This document shows positions 1 to 13,310 of a stretch of 64,000 nt of DNA, piece by piece. The position numbers were made by a program, and so were the translations under genes. The notes beneath the pieces are model-generated. The model did not search any database. It was given only the letters and a program-made list of their open reading frames with translations, and had not been told where the DNA came from. This DNA is from Paraspadella gotoi (lineage: Eukaryota; Animalia; Chaetognatha): contig CM119266.1 of the NCBI GenBank assembly GCA_051294375.1, positions 20,562,780 to 20,626,779 of the forward strand, read 5' to 3'. The first letter of the stretch is position 1; each line of letters starts with the position of its first letter.

Positions 1-319
1 TGGCATCAATAGAATCAGAAAGGGAAGAGGAATTTCCCAGCGACGCGCCTTCCTCGCAGATTTATCGATGAAGATTTGCGGAGAGGAAAAATAAGGGATA
101 GAGACTCTGAGAGTTAGAGAGTTAGAGAGTTTGAGGGTTTGAGAGTGGCGCGACGGGAAAGAGTGATAGACGGTTCGCGGTGTGACGAGAGACGCGGATT
201 TATTCGTGTCTCTGTCTCAATCCTTTTTTTCCTTTTTTTTTTCTTCTTTGCCACCTTTCCTGCGTTTCCACCCCATAACTTAGGGCATAAGTATTTGTAG
301 TATTTCCACTTTTTACTTT

Positions 320-320
<1 letters not shown>

Positions 321-391
<71 letters not shown>
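321..391. repeat. (CT)n microsatellite; one of dozens of GA/CT tracts across the window
   Basis: Dinucleotide run read directly. Similar tracts occur at ~757-849, 1417-1503, 17645-17758, 36245-36580, 58142-58188 and elsewhere. Confidence 0.98.
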
Positions 392-394
<3 letters not shown>

Positions 395-756
395 TTCTGT
401 CTCCACTACCCCAATCCCCCGCATCCAATCCCCACCTTTCCCTCCCACTCCACCCCCACCTCCCTCTCCGGGCGTCGACACGAAAATTCTCGAGTAAAAA
501 AGAAAGAAAATAAAAATCGTCAAACGTCGCGAGAAAAAAGAAAAAAAGAAAAAAAGTTTTATTTACGCCTTTTCTAAAAAAAAAAATATTAAAAAGGGAA
601 AAAAAACTGTTTTTTTTTTTTTTTTTATGCTTTTTTTTCGCTACTCGGGTCCTTTAATCTTCTCTCGGCGGATGGCGCGCGCGTCGCAACGAGAATTCGG
701 GTTTCGCAATTGCGAGAAGAAAGCGGGAGACAGAAATGTTGCGGTCGTTTGTTGTT

Positions 757-852
<96 letters not shown>

Positions 853-1428
853 GGTGGGTGAGCTGGTTCTTCTCTCTTTTCTCTCTACTTCGAGCCTTTC
901 TCCTCGCCGTGCCAAGAAAAAAAAAGAAAACTATTTTCTAGAACTCTGTGTACAACATTTTTTAAAGGATTGCCAACGCAAGGGATCGGGGACCGGGGGA
1001 GGAAGAAGGATAGAGGACGAACATTAAGAGGATAATATTTGTGGACTCAACTGACCCATTGCCGGTCTTGCAAATTTATTGACTCCAATCAAAGGAGAAC
1101 AATGAACGCGACAGTCACTAGAAATATTAAAAGTAACAAATTTAAGATAAATATGAGAATAGAATTTTAAAATTTCTGTTCATAAGACAGCGTCTTTCGT
1201 TTCTTCTTCTTTAACCTTTCAAGCAGTCAGGTAACCGACTGGACCTGCGCAATGCCTTTTACCCAAGTATTCTTGTTGTGTGTTGTTATGTTGTCGTTTT
1301 CGTCGTCGTTGTCGTCGTCGTCGTGATGGAAGGAAGGGCGAAGGAGCGACTCAACCCTTTCACTTCTCTGATTAGGCACGGCCCGGCGAAGAAGGAGCGA
1401 CAAAACAACCGTTAGAAGAGAGAGAGAG

Positions 1429-1481
<53 letters not shown>

Positions 1482-2639
1482 GGAGAGAGAGGAGAAGAGA
1501 GAGATTCATTTCTTTAAGGGGACCAAGTGAACAGGGGGGGGTAAAAAGCTGAAACATAACGTTTGCCCCTTTAACTTAAGCTGGTTCTGATCATCATAAT
1601 TTTTTCTTCTATAATATTTGGAAAGTAGTTAAGAAATTCGAAAAACAGTGACTTAAATTTTCTTTAAAAAATCGGTAAGAAGAAAATTTTTTCAAGTTTC
1701 AATTTTTTTTTCAAAAAAAGAGTAAGATCTATTTTAAAGATTTCAGCTTTTATCACAAAAAATTTAATAAGAAAAAAACCTAGGACATGAATCAAAATTA
1801 AGGTATCGACTTGATTTTATTTAAACTTTTTTTCAAATGATTCTGTTATTGGATAAAAATAAAAACTCTTTGAAGTAACATATAAATATAAAAAAAAAGA
1901 GAAAGATTCGTGTACTTTTTTGCTAAATTTTTAATTGTTATAATTAGGAATCAATATAGTTTATTATACATTAGGGATGAATATGAAATAAATAATAATT
2001 ATTACAGTTTTGGTTTCTCGTAAAATAAGAATTTAGTTGATTTGTTCTGCTTTTTAAGTAAATATAAAATAAAAAAATATAGTCTTGTAAACCTTTTGTT
2101 CCAACTGAGCTTAAACCTAAAAATTATAAGACTTTGGGTTCAGTAAAAAATAAAAAAATTGAATTTAAGTAAAAAATACTTTTCTAATGCAAAATAAAAT
2201 ATGGATTATCATAAATTATGTAGGGTCTAACTAAAATTTTTTTTTTCATAATATAATTTTTTGNNNNNNNNNNNNNNNNNNNNNNNNNTCTTTTAAGATC
2301 TTTTCAAAAATGTCTTCGTATGAAATTTTTTTAAAAACAGCCTTTTTTTTAATCTTCTTTGTCGTTTGAACCGCAAAAAATATTTTTGATGATACCTAAG
2401 ACAGAGATAACATTTCTAAAAAAATATACCTTTCCATACTAGAGCCCATTAATTTCTTGTGTGTATAAAAACAAGCGACAGTATCGTACATTTACAAAAA
2501 TAACATAATAAAACGTTAAAATTGCCATCGCACGAGACTCCTTATTTTAGGTTTTTCAGTTTCTTCGCAATTCCGTTTCCTCTCAACGAAAACCTTAATT
2601 TCTTTCAATGTCAGTTATTTTTCAGTAATGGATTTTGGT

Positions 2640-3140
2640 TCTGATGACGGACGATGAGATGGACGAGCGGGGGAAGAGGACGATGCCGACGAAGACGAAG
2701 AAGACGACGAAGACGAAGACGACCAAGACANNNNNNNNNNNNNNNNNNNNNNNNNNNNNNNNNNNNNNNNNNNNNNNNNNNNNNNNNNNNNNNNNNNNNN
2801 NNNNNNNNNNNNNNNNNNNNNNNNNNNNNNNNNNNNNNNNNNNNNNNNNNNNNNNNNNNNNNNNNNNNNNNNNNNNNNNNNNNNNNNNNNNNNNNNNNNN
2901 NNNNNNNNNNNNNNNNNNNNNNNNACAAAGAAGACAAAGACGATGAAGAAGACGACGAAGACGATGAAGATGACAAAGATGACGAAGATGATGAAGACGA
3001 TGAAGACGAAGAGAACGAAGACAAAGACAACAAAGAGGACGAAGACGAGAAGAAATTGAAGACAATGAAGATGACGAAGATGACGACGACGAAGAAGAGA
3101 AGAAATCGAAGACGACGAACGAGACGACACAAACGACGAA
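2640..3140. repeat. Degenerate (GAC/GAA/GAT)n trinucleotide tract spanning an N gap
   Basis: GACGAAGAC-type repeats on both sides of the gap at 2731-2924. They produce Asp/Glu-rich or Ser-rich pseudo-ORFs with no flanking protein domain. Confidence 0.85.
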
Positions 3141-4519
3141 AGGAAGAGTCTTCGTCGCTATGGCAACAGACGAGGTGGGATGGCTTTCTGCAAAAAACCG
3201 GAGTGGTGTTGCCCTTGAATTTTCGCTCATTTTTTTTTTTTGTTAAACGAGTCTGCTGATTTACAAAAACCGATGAAATTAATTTTTAACACAAAAACGA
3301 ATATGAGCTATTAGACTTAGGANNNNNNNNNNNNNNNNNNNNNNNNNNNNNNNNNNNNNNNNNNNNNNNNNNNNNNNNNNNNNNNNNNNNNNNNNNNNNN
3401 NNNNNNNNNNNNNNNNNNNNNNNNNNNNNNNNNNNNNNNNNNNNNNNNNNNNNNNNNNNNNNNNNNNNNNNNNNNNNNNNNNNNNNNNNNNNNNNNNNNN
3501 NNNNNNNNNNNNNNNNNNNNNNNNNNNNNNNNNNNNNNNNNNNNNNNNNNNNNNNNNNATCTACTGCAGCCATCTGCATTAATAACTAGCCAGGAGACAA
3601 TCATTAAACAATAATGACATCTACGGCCATTGCTACCAAACCGGCAACATTTGTCCACCCAGAAAAAAACAAAAAACAAATCCCCCCGACACAGCGACAG
3701 AAGAAAACTACGAAGGATACGAAAGAAGAAGAAAATTTGCCGAATGAAAAAAAAAAAAAAAACAAAAAAAAAATAAAAATAAATAAAACACGAGGAAAAA
3801 AAAAAAAAAAGACAAATGAATGGGAAGTCGATTCTGGATGCCGTCGGTATTTCGTAAGTATGTGATCGCTCGATCTTGTTCGTTAGGAGTGCAATGAGGG
3901 TGTAACAGCGTAGGCGGGCGCGCTAGGAAAAACTTTACTGTGACGGCCACTACGGAGGCGCGCATGGAAAGTCTGTAAAGGACTTCTATGCACCAAAAAA
4001 TCTTAGACATGGCTCGAGAGTTTAGTTAGAAGAGACAAAGAAGAGTTTATTTGTTGAAAAAAAAAAAATGAGAACGCGAAATTGCCCTCGGCCCATTCCA
4101 CCACTGTGAAGAGTGAATAGACGTGGAGGACGGGCGACGAAGGCCGGGAAAAAAATGCGGAACCGCGTATAAGCTCCATACCCCTGAATATAAACTTCGT
4201 CCTAATCAGCTCGTTAATTCGCCGTGATAAAACCTATCCTAAATAATACGAACAGCTACAACCTTTGTGAATCATGAGCGGCCGACGCGGCAGGCGCGGA
4301 GAGATCGGTCCAAGGGGCTCTGTGGGGTGTGAGTGGTAGGTGGGCACGGTGGGTATGGTCTCTCTCAGCTCGGCACTGGAGAAGAGAAGAAGTAAATGCT
4401 GTGCGGGAACTAAGAGGAGGGCGGGCTGACTAAAAAGTTGAACGAGCCTCAAATGGACGGAATGCCGCGGTCCCCCAAACCCCGATGTGTTTGCTCGCTT
4501 TGGGTGTGCCCTTTTGTCG

Positions 4520-7500
4520 AGAGCATGACGCTGACGTGGGCTGAAGGAGAAGCAAGTAAAGACAAAGACGAAAAGGAAAAAATATATCTTATGGATTCCG
4601 GCGACCGCCTTCGGCGTTTGCCCCTATTCTTTGAAATCTCCAATAGGTCGCTGTTAAGGTGAGACAGAAAAAGAAATGCTCAGCGTTGTAGTAGTCTCGT
4701 CCTCGGATTATGCTTATCGGTCTTCTATCCCGAAACTGAAGAGTTTTATTAAGACGCCGCTGGAGATCAATCCGCCGTCTTTATTTTTGTCAACAGTATT
4801 AAAGTACACTCGCACATGCCGTTAAACAGATAGTTTTAAAGCGCGGTGATTTAGGGGGACTTCTCCGCGCCTAAGCTTTCAAGCACTTGGACTCTTCGAC
4901 CGCATTCCCCTCAAACACAAACAAGAACAGAAATTTAACCTCCCGTCAAATATATTCTTGAAAAATGTTAAATGCGACTTGAATATAATTCAATCATCAA
5001 AATACTTTCGCATTCAATTCTTTTTACTCTTTCGTAGAGGTCTAAGGTTTGAACAATTTTTGTAATTCTTCGGCTCTCAATGTCTATATAGTAACCAGCC
5101 AATTTTCTTCTTTTATGTTTCATATTGCGACAGATCATCCGATAGGTACAATTACAAACTGAGTAGGCGTAATAAGAAGAATCATCTCATACTTCTCTTC
5201 GGTCTCTATCAGTTTGTTTTTTTTTCGCTACTTGTCTAAGCTTATCGCTTTCATCGAGCTATACCTGTCATTATCTTGTTGTCACTCTTGTGGGTAATAT
5301 ATAGTATATATATCCTCTTGTATTTCGAGTTTATGTTGTGATCTTTTTATGTTTTGCCACCCCCCCCCCTCTGCGTCCCCCCCCCCCCCATTTCCCCCGC
5401 CATCCCCCCCCCCCCCCCCTCTCCCCCACCCCCCCGACGACCCCCCCACCCCCGACCCCCGACCACCCCCCACCTCCACCCCACAACAAACCCCCACAGC
5501 AGCCCAGACCGCCACCACCCCCGAACTCCCCTGCGAACTACAAAAATCGCATGAACCACGTAGCAGCTTCTTACGATCGACTGTTGGGCGGCTCGAGGCA
5601 GTCTAGTCCGGCCCCCCCCGCGCGGGCCGAAAAAAAGCTAAAAAAAAAATAAGACGAGAACAAAAAACACAAACAATAAACTTTGATACAATAGTTTAAC
5701 AACAAGGCGCATCTCCAGCCTCCGAAGCTAAACGACGGGTCGTTGTCTGTCTTTCTCCGAGAAAATAATATATCTTTCTGATTTTTAGCAATCTGCGGCG
5801 TGGCTTGGACAGGCGTCGAAGGTAAGGCGGCCGCTCACGTCCCGTGAATATATAAAGAAAAAAAAAAAAAAAAAAAAAAAAAAATAACAAAAACATCATG
5901 ACGGAACACGTGATGCGGATCCTCCTCAAGACGGCAACCAAGAGATCTGGGCCACCAAGACAAGCGGTACCACAGCCATTCAGAGTAAATAACAATAAAA
6001 GATGGAAATCTCGACAGCAGGAAGTCCTGGGGGGGACGGACATGAGAAAAAAAAAAAAAAGGGGCCACGGAAACATTGAGAACTGCTAAGCGATTTCTGG
6101 ATCGACCTGGGCTTCCGACTCACCCAAAATTCCCCATGTATGGGATGTTCCTTCTAACGGCATGACGACTGAACTCGTCGCTTCTTTTTTGAAAATGAAA
6201 CGCAGTTTTATGACGCTAACCACATATCATAGCCTGCCCGGCATATGTCCTCCGTTGTGAAGCCTGCAGCGGCGCGCTGCGTGCCGAAAATGCCGCGCGG
6301 CATCGAGCCACGTGATGATGGGAGATACCCTCGAACCAAGAATCATACTAATATCAGTGACCCGTGGAAAAAAATAAGCGTTGCGAAGTGTTCGTGTTCC
6401 TGCAAGGACAGATTGTCATTAAAAGTAAGGTATTAGACTCAAAAAAAATTTAGTTTTATTATAGAGATTGTTAGGTTACAACCAGTACGAAAAAATATAG
6501 GGACAGGATGCCTTCCGCTATGGCTGGGGGTATGTCTCCCAAGATTGCGCTGGTCATAAGGCCGCTGAAAATCTTGGCCAGCGTTCTTGATCCAAATGGA
6601 CATGAGGGAAGACATAGAGCCGAATGGTGGTTATTACGCTGGTTTTTTTTTTTATATCATCCCGGTTACTGGGATTTGATGATATCCCTTGAGTAAGTCT
6701 ATATTGGAGAAATTGTTTCCCCTCAAGCTGTAGTTGAGTCGGGATAATAATTGACCGGTATCTGTCGTCAATCGTTTTGCGCATTGAGGCGGGGTAATCA
6801 CCGCAAACACCTCCATCCTCCATCCGGCTTGGCGAACCCGTGGAATAGGCGACGACCATTCCAGAATTTCCTTCCCTCTGGGCGACTTCCTAGAACACAC
6901 ACGATCGTCAGAATGTTGTTCTCTAGTATCTCTTCGTTTTGTGTGGGCTGTTAGACCGCTTATGGTTCGAGAGAGGAGAGAGGAGACCGAACAGATGAGG
7001 AGAGAGAGAGACCAGAGAGAAAGATAGACGACCGACGAGAGACGGAAGAAACCGAGCAGAAGAGACGAAAGTGAGAGAGACTCAACACAGGAGAGAATAG
7101 AGAAGAGAGAGAGAGACGAGGAGAGAACGTCGAACCTGAGAGACTTTGTTGACTAACGAGGGTATGAGACTGGGAGAGAGATCGACCGTGGAGGACACTG
7201 AAGCAGCGAGCCCCCTCCTTGAGAAGACGATGCAGGAGCAGAAAAAATGAAAAGAAATGAATTCATTTGGAAAAGATTGAATAAAAATAAAAGCGAGATC
7301 AATAAACGGGAAATAAACGGGAAGCTGCTTGAAGAAGTAAAAGAGAATGAAGGAACATTTCGAGAGTTATCGCCAGCCTGCGAAAGGGAAAAATATATCG
7401 AATACGCAAAAAACTCAATCATTGAACTTAATTGTCCTAAAGTTCGTCTGCATCCAACGGTTGAAGGGCCAAAGATATACAAAAATCAAAAGAGCTCTCT

Positions 7501-8695
7501 CTCTCTCTCTCTCTCAATCTCTCTCCTCTCTTCTTCTCTCTCTCTCTCTCCTACCTCTCTCTCTCTGCTCTCTCTCTCGTCTCATTCACAGTTTGCCAGA
7601 AAGCTGTGTCCTTGATTTTAAGACCTCGATTTGTAGCGCCAGCAGCGGGAACATTATACAATCAAACAGGGGGAAAGGATTTCTCCCAGTTTTAATGTCA
7701 TGGCGCAATGACCACGATCCGAACGTGCAGCAAAAAAAGAAAAATCTTCTCAAATCCTACATTTACCAAATTAAATCATATCGTAACCTTCAAAAAGAAA
7801 AAACTGATCGCGCCTCTTGATCTGTAAAGAGAAACCCGGTTTACTTCTAAAAAAACCAACGAGTTCCTTTAAGACGTCCACTAGAGCCGTATGAGTGGAA
7901 CGCTCCCGCCGCCCCGCCCTCAACTTCACACGGAAGCCGAGAGAGTTTCCTTTCCTATGTTCCGAGCTCGAAGCGAATTCCTGTGAAATCTCTACCTTAA
8001 TACACCGTCACTTCTGTCTCATTAGCTTTTGTTTCTGCCCTGAAATTCCTTCGAAGAGGCTTGTGACTTAATTTCCGCAGTTATATGCACATATTTCTCA
8101 TAGTGTCGAGAGTGAATTTAATATAAGTCAGATCGTAAGTAGTCTTATTGATTTAGAAGTAATGTTCGTCCTTTGACCGCATTCTGACAAAGGCTTAACG
8201 TGATCAGTAGTTTAGCGTGTCGTGTACGTTCGAAGCTTGACGGATAGCTCAAGCTGGATAAGTATTAAGCTATTTAAGTATTACGTGGGGTACATTGATA
8301 TAGATCAGTCGGTAAGTGGAAACATATTAATGCGGTTTAAGGTAATAGTAGGATTAGAAGAAATGGGTGACGACGCTGATCTGATTACAGATTATGGTTA
8401 AGTAAAAAGGTTAAGTTCAAGGACATCAGCTATCAAGAAATGGGGCGACTTTTTGGGAAAAGAGCCCCCAACTTGTACCAGCTTGGAGTTGAAAGGGAAC
8501 GGCGGGTGTAAAGCGCCAAGGCGTTTTCGAAAAGGTCTGACGATGGGAAGTTTTTGGTGTATGTAATCTTCCTTCAGTCTAGAATGTTTTTTCGTCCGCT
8601 CCAAGGTATTACACGTGAGTAATTATAAGTTTCTGTTACCTAACACTTACCTTAATCCAATGACGAATTATACTAATAGATGAAAATTAGAAGTC
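4520..8695. other. Indel-rich duplicate of 9798-11818 (probable long-read-derived gap extension)
   Basis: Colinear shared anchors: TCTAAGGTTTGAA (5041/10004), GCGCGCTGCGTG (6273/10415), AAAACTCAATCATTGAA (~7410/10865), AACTTGTACCAGCTTGGAGTTGAAAGGGAACGGCGG (~8470/11667). This copy is expanded by scattered insertions and lies just upstream of the 25-N gap at 9773-9797. Confidence 0.8.
6525..6860 (-). mobile_element. Ty3/Gypsy LTR-retrotransposon reverse transcriptase fragment, multiply frameshifted
   Basis: Minus-strand motifs occur in canonical order across frames: WSSP, (K)PDGGWR-CGDY, KTIDDRY, FSNIDLLKGYHQIPV, DDIKKT-VI(T)PFGLY, PFG-KNAGQDFQRLM, ILGDIP. This matches the Gypsy RT core, truncated before the YxDD motif. 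Confidence 0.9.
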
Positions 8696-9797
8696 GTAGA
8701 CATATCGTCGGGAGAATAGCACAATAGAAAAGATCCCAAGTGTCTATCGATGTGGCGAAAAGATTGCCATAACAAATCTAATATGCAGAGCCATTATTGC
8801 CTGCTTGCAATCTTCACAAATTGTTGCTGCAAAGTCTTACTTGCTTGTTTGTCGGCGTCGCAGGGAATATTTGAGAGTCCAATGGCACTCCCATCTACCA
8901 GACCACTTACTCCAGATTCCGGCGTCGCAAATATAAGCTGTAGTCGTTCCCGAGGCCGCGTGAACGGCGGTTGAATCAATGGAACGGTGCCCGCGCTTCA
9001 CTTGCGCCCCCCCTTGACGTTTTCCCTCTTTCTTCATTTGATTCTCTTCGAATCGCTGCACGAATCCCCTGCAATACCGAGCGACGGACCAATGCGGTAG
9101 CTGTGTCGGCCGAACCAATACCCAATAATAAGTTTTTCGCGCGTTAAAAGAGTCTCATGAGTTTTCGGCCTTTGTTCGCTTGTCTCCTGGTGTTATCTTT
9201 GTAATACGTTGGCACGTATTTATCTATTGTAGTTCGAATTTATTTACGACTTCTGGCCGGCTGTTCTTCCGAATGACGTACTATTAACATCACGGCGTTG
9301 TTCTTGATCGTTTTTCTTCATTTCAGACTCGGGAAATTTTAATTACTCTCTCTCTCACTGCTGTTATCTGATTGAGTGGTAATGAGAGATGTCGTTTGCG
9401 TAGTTTTAAACTGACCGTCCGCTCTCAAAGTTGTCTGTCGGCGACTCAATTCTTATGAGCTCAGAGTTTCTTTTCGGCCTACGGTTCATGCCCGATCGCG
9501 CTCGGAAAAACTCTGCCTTTAAGTTTCTCGAACCCACCCAATTAGCGACCGGCTGATACGGGTTCTCTTCTTGCGCAGGGTCTCGGCAGTACTTTTTCTT
9601 CTCATCTGATAACATTCAGAGATGGAAGAGAGTACCTTCGTTTCTTGCTTCCGAGTTGAAATCCTGTGAAATGGTCAACATATATAGAGGATATAAATAA
9701 CACCTCGAAGAATAAAAAGGACGAACATACAAAGAGGAGCGCATTCACCCGAGCGACTTTCACCTGTTTCAGNNNNNNNNNNNNNNNNNNNNNNNNN

Positions 9798-10937
9798 GTT
9801 GATGACGGAATCCGATGTGGATGACCTGACGGAAAAGAAAATGATTTGGTCGGCTTCCGCTATCTTTGAATCAAAGGCGGGAAAAAAATGACGCTTGATA
9901 CTATTTATCTTTCGTCTTTTTCCCGAAACGATTTTTGTCAGTAAAGTCAAAATTTTGAAAATAATATAATTCAATAAAATATTTCGCCATATATTCTTTA
10001 TCGATCTAAGGTTTGAAACAATTTTGTATTCGCTCAGTAACAGCATTTTCTTTTTTTTTTCAATCGACAATTATCATTACAATTAAAAGATAGAAACATT
10101 CTTTCTTCGGTCTCTATGTGCCGCCCCCCCCTACCCTATCGGCCCCGCCGCCGAAAAAAATAACGACGAAGAAATAACAAACAATAAAACTTTTGATAAA
10201 ACATCTTCACCGACTAAACACGTTTTCTCGGAAATCGATATGGCGGGGGAAAAAAATCGACGGCGTCGGGCGGAATTAATAAATAAATAAAAGAGGAAAT
10301 CTCGACAGGAGGGAGAAAAAAAAGGGGAAAACATGAGATGGACAACCTTGGCCGCTCATATCCATGCATATTGGATGCGATTAGACTGAAGACTCGTCGA
10401 TGAACGCGCGATATGCGCGCTGCGTGCGAAATGCGCGCGGACTCGTGACCCGGGAAAAAAATAAGCNNNNNNNNNNNNNNNNNNNNNNNNNNNNNNNNNN
10501 NNNNNNNNNNNNNNNNNNNNNNNNNNNNNNNNNNNNNNNNNNNNNNNNNNNNNNNNNNNNNNNNNNNNNNNNNNNNNNNNNNNNNNNNNNNNNNNNNNNN
10601 NNNNNNNNNNNNNNNNNNNNNNNNNNNNNNNNNNNNNNNNNNNNNNNNNNNNNNNNNNNNNNNNNNNNNNNNNNNNNNNNNNNNNNNNNNNNNNNNNNNN
10701 NNNNNNNNNNNNNNNNNNNNNNNNNNNNNNNNNNNNNNNNNNNNNNNNNNNNNNNATTTGGAAAAGAAAAGCGAATCAATAAAGGGAAATAAAGGGAAAG
10801 GCTGCTGAGAAGAGGAAAGAAGGAATTTCGAGGTTCGCAGCTGCGAAGGAAAATAATCAAAGCAAAACTCAATCATTGAATTTAATTGTCCAAGTTCGTC
10901 TGCATCCAAGTTGAGGCCAAGATTACAAAATGCAAAG

Positions 10938-10995
<58 letters not shown>

Positions 10996-11818
10996 CATTG
11001 ATTGCCAGAAAGCTTTGTTTGATTTTAAGACTCGATTTTAGGCCAGCGGATAAACATTACAATCAAACAGGAAAAGGATTTCTCAATTTTTAAATGTCAT
11101 GGTTGAACGATCGCGAGTGAGCAAAAAAGAAAAATCTTCAAATATACATACAAATAATCATATTCGTAACCTTCAAAAAGAAAAATAACTTGATCGCGCT
11201 TATGTAAACAGAAAACCGTTACTTCTAAAAAACCCAACGAGTTTTTCTTAAGAGTCAATAGAGCGGTGAGTGGACGCTCCGCCGCCCCGCCTCAACTTCA
11301 CACGAAGCCGAGATGAGTTTCTTTTCACCCGCGAATTCCTGAACTTACCTTTAACTCTACTTTTTCATTAATTTTTTTTTGCTAAATTTTTTGGCACTAA
11401 TTTCCGACAACTTCCCATATTTTCTTCAATTCGGAATTAAATAAATTAGATTTATTAATTAGGATGGAGGTTAGGGTGAGGCATTGGGATAGGATAAGGT
11501 AAGTATTAAGTATTAAGTATTAGGTATTAATAATTAAGTATTAAGTATTAAGGTTAGGAATTAGGATTAGAGATTGGGTTATGAGTTTGATTACAGATTA
11601 TGGTTAAGTAAAGGTTAAGTTAAGGATTTAGCATCAGAAATGGGGCGCTTTTGAGAAAGAGAGCCCAACTTGTACCAGCTTGGAGTTGAAAGGGAACGGC
11701 GGCGGGTAAAACGCCCAAGGCGTTTTCAAAAGCGGGAATTTTTTTGTTTTGTTTTTTCAGTTACGTGTAATTTAATCTGCTAATTTACATATATGAACTA
11801 ATAGTGAAAATTAGAAAC
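9798..11818. other. Second, cleaner copy of the 4520-8695 block
   Basis: Same anchors as the first copy; begins immediately after the 25-N gap. Confidence 0.8.
11393..11666 (-). mobile_element. TTAGGG-containing MITE-like element, copy A (duplicated at ~8060-8467)
   Basis: Right end GAAATGGGGCGCTTTTGAGAAAGAGAGCCC is the reverse complement of the family terminus. Internal GGTTAGG/TTAAGG/TTAGGA repeats. Left end degenerate. Confidence 0.65.
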
Positions 11819-13074
11819 GGGGGAAAAAGACAAAGGGGAAAAAAACATTCAAAGCCTCGCAACGGAAGTGACCATCCTGAAATTGGTCTTTGCCCTTTAA
11901 TACAGTATTTATCTATTAGTCAATTTATTTACGACTTTCAATCAGTTTTAGTTCCGAGCGAAAAAGATCGACCACCAAAGCAGCCAAGGTTCTCTCGGAC
12001 GCGATCGAGCAAAAAAAGCGAAAACGCAGACTTTCATCCCGTTTCGACTTTTCGGCCGCGAAATCGATTAGGGTCTCACGAAAATGTCCAAATGTCAAAG
12101 ATGTCGTCCGANNNNNNNNNNNNNNNNNNNNNNNNNNNNNNNNNNNNNNNNNNNNNNNNNNNNNNNNNNNNNNNNNNNNNNNNNNNNNNNNNNNNNNNNN
12201 NNNNNNNNNNNNNNNNNNNNNNNNNNNNNNNNNNNNNNNNNNNNNNNNNNNNNNNNNNNNNNNNNNNNNNNNNNNNNNNNNNNNNNNNNNNNNNNNNNNN
12301 NNNNNNNNNNNNNNNNNNNNNNNNNNNNNNNNNNNNNNNNNNNNNNNNNNNNNNNNNNNNNNNNNNNNNNNNNNNNNNNNNNNNNNNNNNNNNNNNNNNN
12401 NNNNNNNNNNNNNNNNNNNNNNNNNNNNNNNNNNNNNNNNNNNNNNNNNNNNNNNNNNNNNNNNNNNNNNNNNNNNNNNNNNNNNNNNNNNNNNNNNNNN
12501 NNNNNNNNNNNNNNNNNNNNNNNNNNNNNNNNNNNNNNNNNNNNNNNNNNNNNNNNNNNNNNNNNNNNNNNNNNNNNNNNNNNNNNNNNNNNNNNNNNNN
12601 NNNNNNNNNNNNNNNNNNNNNNNNNNNNNNNNNNNNNNNNNNNNNNNNNNNNNNNNNNNNNNNNNNNNNNNNNNNNNNNNNNNNNNNNNNNNNNNNNNNN
12701 NNNNNNNNNNNNNNNNNNNNNNNNNNNNNNNNNNNNNNNNNNNNNNNNNGGGAAAATTGAAAAATTGAAAATTGCAGTGGGATAAACAACAGCGTAAATG
12801 GAAAAAGAGCCTCGAAAAGTAGAGAGAAGGAGAGAATGAGAGGGAAGGGGTGGACAGAGAAAAAGCGAAATGGAAAATGAGAAGAAAAAAAATCCATTTT
12901 CCTCGAGAAATATATTTTGTTGTTATTTTTCATTTTAATTTCGTGGAAAAAATATCACTAAGAGAATTTACGATCTAAACTCGGAAAATTTACGGGAAAT
13001 GAAAGGAGGAGAAACAAGAAATACGAATCAAAAACAAAATTAATGACGAGAAATTACTATATCTTAATGAAAAC

Positions 13075-13310
13075 GGAACAACCAATATAACGATTATCCA
13101 TTCATTTAATAAATAAGCTATCTTGCCCCGTACTTTGGACAGGCAAGGGTGACAAGATACAAGAAGACAAGATGACAAGATCCGAGATACAAGGTTACAA
13201 GATAATGACAAAGCGGGTTAAACTCAAAGCAAGCTTTCATTCAAGACTCTCTCATTGTATCGTTTATCCTCTCCCATAGTACGTGGCTTCCCTATTAACA
13301 AAGTAGCATA
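13075..13310 (+). repeat. Dispersed repeat family X (core TATCCATTCATTTAAT..AATAAGCTATCTTGCCCC.GACTTTGGACAGG)
   Basis: Near-identical core at 13096-13143, at 26128-26200 (reverse), at 51244-51293 and at 54455-54501. Similarity to the 51.2 kb copy extends to ACTCTCTCA...TGGCTTCCCTAT. Confidence 0.85.

Noticed and set aside
2654-3259. Acidic Asp/Glu-rich protein
   Set aside because: Trinucleotide repeat open in several frames on both strands, spanning a gap, with no non-repetitive coding context.
5338-5652. Proline-rich or glycine-rich ORFs
   Set aside because: Poly-C noise in the read-derived duplicate; the sister copy has only a short C-run at ~10121-10136.
8700-9770. Complex-looking ORFs (8794-8979, 9406-9615)
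   Set aside because: No recognisable homology, and they lie at the low-quality end of the extension before the 25-N gap.
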